A stretch of 32,000 nucleotides of DNA from Thermoproteus tenax Kra 1 (GTDB taxonomy: Archaea > Thermoproteota > Thermoprotei > Thermoproteales > Thermoproteaceae): NCBI RefSeq assembly GCF_000253055.1, contig NC_016070.1, positions 390,001-422,000 of the forward strand, read 5' to 3'. Each line of letters opens with the position of its first letter. The stretch's first letter is position 1. The position numbers and the translations under genes are program-made. The notes below the pieces were generated by a model, which did not search any database, was not told where the DNA came from, and worked only from the letters and a program-made list of their open reading frames with translations. Of the stretch, positions 26,712-32,000 are shown in pieces.

Positions 26712-27580
26712 CTTCTGAGGAAGTGGAGCAACGCCTCAACGATGGCGCCAGCCACATCCACTCCAGTAACTCTCTGGACGTTTTTGAACTCGGGAACTCC
26801 GTTGACCTCTAAAACCTTATACCCCTCCCTGGACTCCACTACGTCGACTCCGGCGTAGAGGGCGCCGACGGCCTCTGCGGCCTTCGCCGAGATGTCCTCT
26901 AGCTCTTGATCTATTCTGACGGGCTCGGCTCGGCCGCCTCTGGCCGTGTTGGTCCTCCAGTCGCCTGCGGCGTATCTATAGATGGCGGCCACAGCCCTTC
27001 CCTCCACGACCGTCACCCTTATGTCGCGGCCCGGCTTCTCCACATACTCTTGCACTAGGAACTCTTGCATGGAGGGCTCCAGATGCCTCTTGTGCGAGAT
27101 TATGGAGACCAGATCCTCTTGAGACTTGGCCAGATTGACCAGGCGCCCCCACGAGCCGTCCAACGGCTTGACTATGACGGGATAGCCCAGCGATTCGGCG
27201 GCCTTGAGCGCTGCGTCGAGGCCGAAGGCCAGGTAGGTCCTGGGGGTCGGGACGCCCGCCCTTCTCAGAGCTAGATAGGTCAAATATTTGTCGTGCGATA
27301 TATATAGAGAGCTTGCGGAGTTTATAGAGATGCCCCCCGAGCTCTCGTAGGTGTGCGCCAAAGGCAACACCTTGGAGCGGCCAGCCACTCTCACGAGCCC
27401 CACTCGGCCGAATCCGTCGGGCGCCGCGAGGTCTTCAACGTCCACGAGCCTTATGGGGATGTTCCTCTTCTTGAACGCGTCTATCAACAGCCTTTCGTCG
27501 AGCCTCAGAAGGTCGTAGAGCAAGTCGATTTCCCCTGCATCGCCCCTAGGCCCTTCGCCGTTTAAAAAATTATCGTCCAC
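26708..27580 (-). CDS. lysX: ATP-grasp ligase, LysX/ArgX (RimK) family
   Basis: LLYDLLRLDERLLIDAFKK, GYPVIVKPLDGSWGRLV, FLVQEYVEKPGRDIRVTVVEGRAVAAIYR, NTARGG, VLEVNGVPEFKN. Exact start is ambiguous. Confidence 0.85.
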   Translation of the reverse strand: MDDNFLNGEGPRGDAGEIDLLYDLLRLDERLLIDAFKKRNIPIRLVDVEDLAAPDGFGRVGLVRVAGRSKVLPLAHTYESSGGISINSASSLYISHDKYLTYLALRRAGVPTPRTYLAFGLDAALKAAESLGYPVIVKPLDGSWGRLVNLAKSQEDLVSIISHKRHLEPSMQEFLVQEYVEKPGRDIRVTVVEGRAVAAIYRYAAGDWRTNTARGGRAEPVRIDQELEDISAKAAEAVGALYAGVDVVESREGYKVLEVNGVPEFKNVQRVTGVDVAGAIVEALLHFLRS

Positions 27581-28847
27581 ATTTGGCCAATATCTCTTTA
27601 GCCGACTTGGCGACCTCCCCGGGGTCTGGGCCCCCGCTCACGGGCCTCCTCACGGCGTCTCTGGGATCTGGGAGCTGGGCATTCCCCTCCTTCACGGCCT
27701 GGGCCACTTGGAAGTAGGCCTCTCTGAACGGAGTGCCGGCGAGCGCGATCCTCTCGGCCAGATCGGAGGACGTGGTGGGAAACGCTGCAGCGTCGCGGTA
27801 GCTCCTCTGGCAGTCGAAATCCATCTTGGAGATGAAGTCGCTGAGCACCTCCAAGCCCTCCTCAGCGGTCTTGAACACACGCCAGAGGTGTCTGGTCGCC
27901 TCTTGGAGGTCGAGGCTGTAGCCGTAGCCGATCTTCTCTTGCACCATCATGAGGGCCAGGGCATCGGCAAGAGCCTCCGATATCCTCGCCCTCAATATCT
28001 CTAGAGTGACCGGGTTCCTCTTGTGGGGCATTATGCTGCTAGTGGAGACGTGCTCGGCGGGGGCCCTTACGTAGCCCACCAACGGGCTCGACCAAGCTAT
28101 CAAGTCGTCCACAAATCTGGAGATCTCGGCCAGAGCCGAGGCCACGGCCGATGCCGCCAGAGAGGCGAAGAATCTGCTCGAGGATGCGTACAACGTGTTG
28201 CCGGCTATTCTCCCGAAGCCGGCCAACTGGGCCAGGCGCTCTCTATCCACGGGGGCGCTCGTCCCACCGGAAGGCCCAGACCCCAACGGCGATTTGTCCG
28301 CTATCTGCCTCGCCGCGTTTAGGGCCGCGGTGAAGTCGGAGAGGAGCTCGCAGAGGGCCAACAGATAGTGGCCGAGCGTTATGGGCTGGGCGGGCTGGAA
28401 GTGTGTGAACGAGGGCATGACGCAGTCGGCGTATCTGAGAGCCTTCTCTGCAATCGCGCATGCGGCCCTCTCGGCTATAGCCGTCAGAGCGTCTATATGC
28501 CTTATGAGCCTCAGCCTGATGGCCGCTGCAACGTGGTCGTTCCTGCTCCTCCCAAGCCCTACCCATCCGCCGGCGGGCCCCACGCGCTTCATCAGATAGT
28601 CCTCCAGAGCCTCGTGCACGTCCTCGTAGCCGGGCTTGAGCAGATCCGGAGGCCTCAGCTCGTCCAAAGCCCTAAGTATTGAGTCCGCTGCGTCGCGCGG
28701 GATTAGGCCTCTCTCAGATAGGTGCGCCACGTGGGCCCTCATGACTTTCACGACCTCATCGGCTATCTCTCTGTCGTCGTCTATACTGGAGGTGTACTGA
28801 GAGACCAGATCGCTCGAGCCGCCTATCCATCTTCTATACAACGCCAT
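27570..28847 (-). CDS. argH: Argininosuccinate lyase
   Basis: LGRSRNDHVAAAIRLRL, THFQPAQPITLGHYLLAL, TSSIMPHKRNPVTLEILRA. TATTAATA about 25 nt upstream of ATG 28847; tracked start is 28859. Confidence 0.94.
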   Translation of the reverse strand: MALYRRWIGGSSDLVSQYTSSIDDDREIADEVVKVMRAHVAHLSERGLIPRDAADSILRALDELRPPDLLKPGYEDVHEALEDYLMKRVGPAGGWVGLGRSRNDHVAAAIRLRLIRHIDALTAIAERAACAIAEKALRYADCVMPSFTHFQPAQPITLGHYLLALCELLSDFTAALNAARQIADKSPLGSGPSGGTSAPVDRERLAQLAGFGRIAGNTLYASSSRFFASLAASAVASALAEISRFVDDLIAWSSPLVGYVRAPAEHVSTSSIMPHKRNPVTLEILRARISEALADALALMMVQEKIGYGYSLDLQEATRHLWRVFKTAEEGLEVLSDFISKMDFDCQRSYRDAAAFPTTSSDLAERIALAGTPFREAYFQVAQAVKEGNAQLPDPRDAVRRPVSGGPDPGEVAKSAKEILAKCGR

Positions 28848-28886
28848 GGGCGGTATCACTGAGGTATTAATAGGGTTTTGAGCGAA

Positions 28887-29981
28887 ATGTTTATATACGT
28901 CAAATGTCTTGAACGCGATGTCTCAGGGGCGAACCACAGAGGGTATCTGGTTCTCGAGGACGGCACAGTGCTGAAGGGCAGGCTGATCGGCGCCGAGCGC
29001 ACGGCAATAGGCGAGGTCGTCTTCACAACCTCCGTCGTTGGATATCCCCAGTCCATCACCGACCCGAGCTACAAGGGCCAGATCCTCGTCTTCACCCATC
29101 CCCTCATCGGCAACTACGGAGTGTCTGAGGATCAGTACGAGTCGGACAGGATACAGACAGAGGCGGTTGTCGTCTATGAGGCCACGCAGCCCAGCCACTA
29201 CAAGTCGGTCATGTCGTTGGACGAGTGGCTCAAGTCCTTCAACGTGCCCGGCATAGAGGGCGTGGACACTAGGGCGCTTGTGCTCATGCTGAGGGAGAGG
29301 GGGGTCATGATGGGGGCTGTGGGCCCAGAGCCCCCCGAGGAGCTCCTAGAGAAGGTGAAGAGGGCGCCCAGATACGACGAAGTCAACTACGCGCTAATGG
29401 TGTCCCCGAAGGAGCCCGAAGAGCTCGGGGATGGGAGAAGGTGCGTCGGCGTAGTGGACTGTGGAGTCAAGAGGAGCATTCTGAGGGAGCTAGTGAAGAG
29501 GGGGGTGAGGGTCTTGAGAGTGCCGTGCCTCCAGTGGGAGCTCGCCCTCAAGTGCGACGCCGTCCTCTTCAGCCCGGGCCCCGGCAACCCCAACCTAATG
29601 GACAAAGTGGCCGAGGGCGTGAGGGCGGCCGTGGAGATGAAGTTGCCAGTCCTCGGCATATGTCTGGGCCACCAGATAACGGCCAAGGCGCTTGGGGCCA
29701 GATTGTACAAGCTCAAGTTCGGCCACCGCGCGTCCAACAAGCCGGTCAGAGATCTGGTCTTCACGGGCAAGACCTATATAACAACTCACAACCACGGATA
29801 CGCCGTGGATCCGGCCGACAGCGGCCTCAGGCCCTGGGCCGTGCAACCGGACGATGGAACTGTGGAGGGGCTGTACCACCCGAATCTGCCCATTCTCACT
29901 ACACAGTTTCACCCGGAGGCGGGGCCCGGCCCGAAGGACACCACCTGGATCTTCGACAAATTCCTAAGATTTCTGGGCTGA
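28887..29981 (+). CDS. carA: Carbamoyl-phosphate synthase small (glutaminase) subunit
   Basis: GYLVLEDGTVLKGRLIGAERTAIGEVVFTTSVVGYPQSITDPSYKGQI, VLGICLGHQITAKALGA, TTQFHPEAGPGP. Start ambiguous (TTG 28878, ATG 28887, or further downstream). Confidence 0.93.
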   Translation: MFIYVKCLERDVSGANHRGYLVLEDGTVLKGRLIGAERTAIGEVVFTTSVVGYPQSITDPSYKGQILVFTHPLIGNYGVSEDQYESDRIQTEAVVVYEATQPSHYKSVMSLDEWLKSFNVPGIEGVDTRALVLMLRERGVMMGAVGPEPPEELLEKVKRAPRYDEVNYALMVSPKEPEELGDGRRCVGVVDCGVKRSILRELVKRGVRVLRVPCLQWELALKCDAVLFSPGPGNPNLMDKVAEGVRAAVEMKLPVLGICLGHQITAKALGARLYKLKFGHRASNKPVRDLVFTGKTYITTHNHGYAVDPADSGLRPWAVQPDDGTVEGLYHPNLPILTTQFHPEAGPGPKDTTWIFDKFLRFLG

Positions 29982-30263
29982 CCAGAACTTCCCGTCGCTG
30001 AGGTACCTCTTCAATGTGTCTATATCGAGGTTGCACCCGTTTTTGTTCAACCATCTCAACATCATTGAGAGGATGAGCTGTGCGTTGTGATCCCCCAGGA
30101 GCTCCCTCAGAGCTCCGTAGGTCCGCCACGGCTCCTCCAGGAGTATTTTGTCGAAGGGGTACCCGAAGGCGGCGAGGGACTTGTAGTGGATCAGAGCCCT
30201 CAGACTGAAGTCCATGGAGGAGTAGAACTTCACGAGGAGCTCTCTGGTGAGACACCCTCCCAT
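29964..30263 (-). CDS. Uncharacterised helical protein (99 aa)
   Basis: ORF with a TAATTAAG TATA-like element about 24 nt upstream. Its 3' end overlaps the carA 3' end by 18 nt. Confidence 0.5.
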   Translation of the reverse strand: MGGCLTRELLVKFYSSMDFSLRALIHYKSLAAFGYPFDKILLEEPWRTYGALRELLGDHNAQLILSMMLRWLNKNGCNLDIDTLKRYLSDGKFWSAQKS

Positions 30264-30363
30264 GTAGGGTAGTTCGTAACTTAATTATATTTCTTACGTT
30301 ATATTTTACGGCTGTAACAGAGGATTTCCCGCAAATCGCTGTAAAAGCCCCAGCTAAAATACG

Positions 30364-30379
30364 CCCCCCCCCCCCCCCC
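30364..30379 (+). repeat. Homopolymer C16 tract
   Basis: Direct read: ...AATACG(C)16GATAAAG... in the gap between the 99-aa ORF and the RecA-like ATPase gene. Confidence 0.9.
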
Positions 30380-30458
30380 GATAAAGAACAGCTTACGCGT
30401 GCGCCTGCCGTAGCAACCTCCGATTATATAGTATATTAATTGGGATGTTGTATTATTC

Positions 30459-31487
30459 GTGGACTTTGCGCCCTACTTGCTTAAGGGCATGACTTTAGTA
30501 TACGGCCCGCCTGGCAGCGGCAAGACCTCCTTCGTTGTCCGCCTAGCTCTGCTTGCGAGGAAGAAAGTCCTCTGGATCTCTACATCGGACAGCGAGGAGT
30601 TCTTCAGAGCTGTCCTCAGGAGGTTGAACGCGCCGGAGGAGAAGTTCGAGTTCTACCACTTCCCGCGCGCTCTGCGCGAGAATATAACTAAATATGCGAT
30701 GGAGAAAGGCGAGGACTACGGCATGGTCGTTGTGGATCCCTTAAACGGCATTATCTCAAGGGAGGAGGATCCCACCTCCTTCGTCCACACGACGTTGTAT
30801 CAATTGTCCATGGATGTGCCCGTCGTTGTAACTCTCGAGGGAGGGCCGGGCAGACTCCCCTATATAGCCGACCACGTGGTGAAGGTCTGGTATAAAGTGA
30901 ACTCCGTGGGGCACGTCATAAGATATATACAGCTCACCAAGTCTAGGTCTGCTCCGCCGAGCCCCCGCTATCTGTTCGATATAATCGAGGGGCGCGGTCT
31001 GGCATATGTGAAGCCGGTCGAGAAGGTCCTTGCGCAGAACGAGGAATATAAAGTGGACGAGAGGCTCGGCGTGCCCGTCTTCAAGGGCGCGATGATCGGC
31101 GTCTTCTCCGACGATGAGTCCAAGGTATCCGAGAAGGTGCAGCCCTTCTTGGACGACGAAAAATCCTATCTGTTGGTTATATCGCCATTCAGCATATCCC
31201 GGAGGCTCAGAGTCCCTCCTGAGAGGGCGGTCGTGGCCGCTTCCTTCAACGACCTCATGAGGTTCTACTCCAGAGTGGTGACGGGCGAGGTGGAGCCCAG
31301 ATATTTGGTGGTCACGGGGCTCCTCCCGGTCGAGAAGCTGTCGCCTGGGGAGGCGGCCGACTATATATTGGTGTTGGGCCCCATGTCGGTTAAAGCCGAG
31401 CTGACGTTAGTGGCCGACGTGGCCAACCCGGAGGAGGTCAGAAAAAACTATGTTTATCAAGCTATGAACCAAAATATAGTGGTTTAG
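30459..31487 (+). CDS. RecA/KaiC-superfamily ATPase (RadB/KaiC-like)
   Basis: Walker A TLVYGPPGSGKTSFVVRLALLA, Walker B-like YGMVVVDPLNGI. The C-terminal half is unassigned. Confidence 0.7.
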   Translation: MDFAPYLLKGMTLVYGPPGSGKTSFVVRLALLARKKVLWISTSDSEEFFRAVLRRLNAPEEKFEFYHFPRALRENITKYAMEKGEDYGMVVVDPLNGIISREEDPTSFVHTTLYQLSMDVPVVVTLEGGPGRLPYIADHVVKVWYKVNSVGHVIRYIQLTKSRSAPPSPRYLFDIIEGRGLAYVKPVEKVLAQNEEYKVDERLGVPVFKGAMIGVFSDDESKVSEKVQPFLDDEKSYLLVISPFSISRRLRVPPERAVVAASFNDLMRFYSRVVTGEVEPRYLVVTGLLPVEKLSPGEAADYILVLGPMSVKAELTLVADVANPEEVRKNYVYQAMNQNIVV

Positions 31488-31621
31488 AAGATTCCTCCTC
31501 CAGAGTTGGTGCCAGTGGGGCTGATAACGCCCAAGAGGGCTAGGGCGAGCGCCAGAGCGAATATGCCTCCTTCTACAAACCGCAACACTGTGACTTTCTT
31601 GTTGGCTTGGCCCGCGTTCAT
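31484..31621 (-). CDS. Small single-TM protein (45 aa), absent from the ORF track
   Basis: Hand translation MNAGQANKKVTVLRFVEGGIFALALALALLGVISPTGTNSGGGIF. TTTAATA about 25 nt upstream of ATG. Stop overlaps the stop of the convergent ATPase gene. Confidence 0.55.
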   Translation of the reverse strand: MNAGQANKKVTVLRFVEGGIFALALALALLGVISPTGTNSGGGIF

Positions 31622-31765
31622 ATCATTTCGATAAATCACTATTAAAATTTTGGTAATATCAGTATAGTAATATTATAGTTTATTATTATTTTATTACAAT
31701 ATGTTTATTGATTTCGGATTGTAGATAGAGGGGGCGTGTTTTTAAATATTGGCCGCCGAAGTCCT

Positions 31766-32000
31766 GTGGCCGAGGTGGAGCCCATAAGGGGGTCCCTCAG
31801 CGGTCTGCTCAGAGGAGTCCGCACGGCGCTCGTCGTCACCTCGGGCATCTCCCTCTACAAGTCTGTGGATCTGGCCAGGCTCCTCATCCGACACGGCGCA
31901 GAGGTGCGCGTGGTTATGTCGAGGAAGGCGGCGGAGCTCGTCAGCCCAGAGCTCTTCAGATGGGCCACGGGCGTCAGGCCTGTGGCCAAACTGACGGGGA
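31766..32000 (+). CDS. Flavoprotein, probable phosphopantothenoylcysteine decarboxylase/synthase (CoaBC), truncated by the window end
   Basis: Hand translation VAEVEPIRGSLSGLLRGVRTALVVTSGISLYKSVDLARLLIRHGAEVRVVMSRKAAELVSPELFRWATG is a CoaC-like N-terminus. TTTTTAAA about 27 nt upstream of GTG 31766. Confidence 0.75.
   Translation, partial: MAEVEPIRGSLSGLLRGVRTALVVTSGISLYKSVDLARLLIRHGAEVRVVMSRKAAELVSPELFRWATGVRPVAKLTG

Noticed and set aside
1-32000. CRISPR arrays, rRNA or intact IS elements
   Set aside because: No regularly spaced direct repeats, no rRNA-like sequence, and no transposase ORF seen in any frame by eye. This is a visual scan, not a computed search.

Overview
The window is a gene-dense hyperthermophilic crenarchaeal chromosome segment. 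Gene content, TATA boxes about 25-30 nt upstream of start codons, and leaderless-style starts suggest Thermoproteales (Thermoproteus/Pyrobaculum-like). This placement is inference, not a database result. The first ~8 kb is a dissimilatory sulfur locus. It holds a DsrK/HdrD-like Fe-S protein cut by the window start, a TusA-like/unknown/DsrE-like operon, aprBA, a cytochrome-b-like membrane protein, sat, and an unknown ORF coupled to sat. Next come a copA-type P-ATPase divergent from an untracked 59-aa YHS protein, an AT-rich region of small, membrane or regulatory genes, and a ZIP-family transporter. The remainder is mostly housekeeping: fen, wHTH protein and Cdc48, aEF-1beta and Zn-ribbon, S9 peptidase, aminopropyltransferase, A-type ATPase subunit B, pheS, lysX, argH and carA, a RecA/KaiC-like ATPase, and a CoaBC flavoprotein start. 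I found no CRISPR array, tRNA, rRNA or intact transposon. I saw no clear-cut new defence or mobile system. The most interesting points are the sulfate-activation locus with its unknown partners, a TnpB-type right-end/omegaRNA-like hairpin remnant, small untracked ORFs with good promoters, a C16 tract, and an 11-nt paired tandem repeat after atpB.
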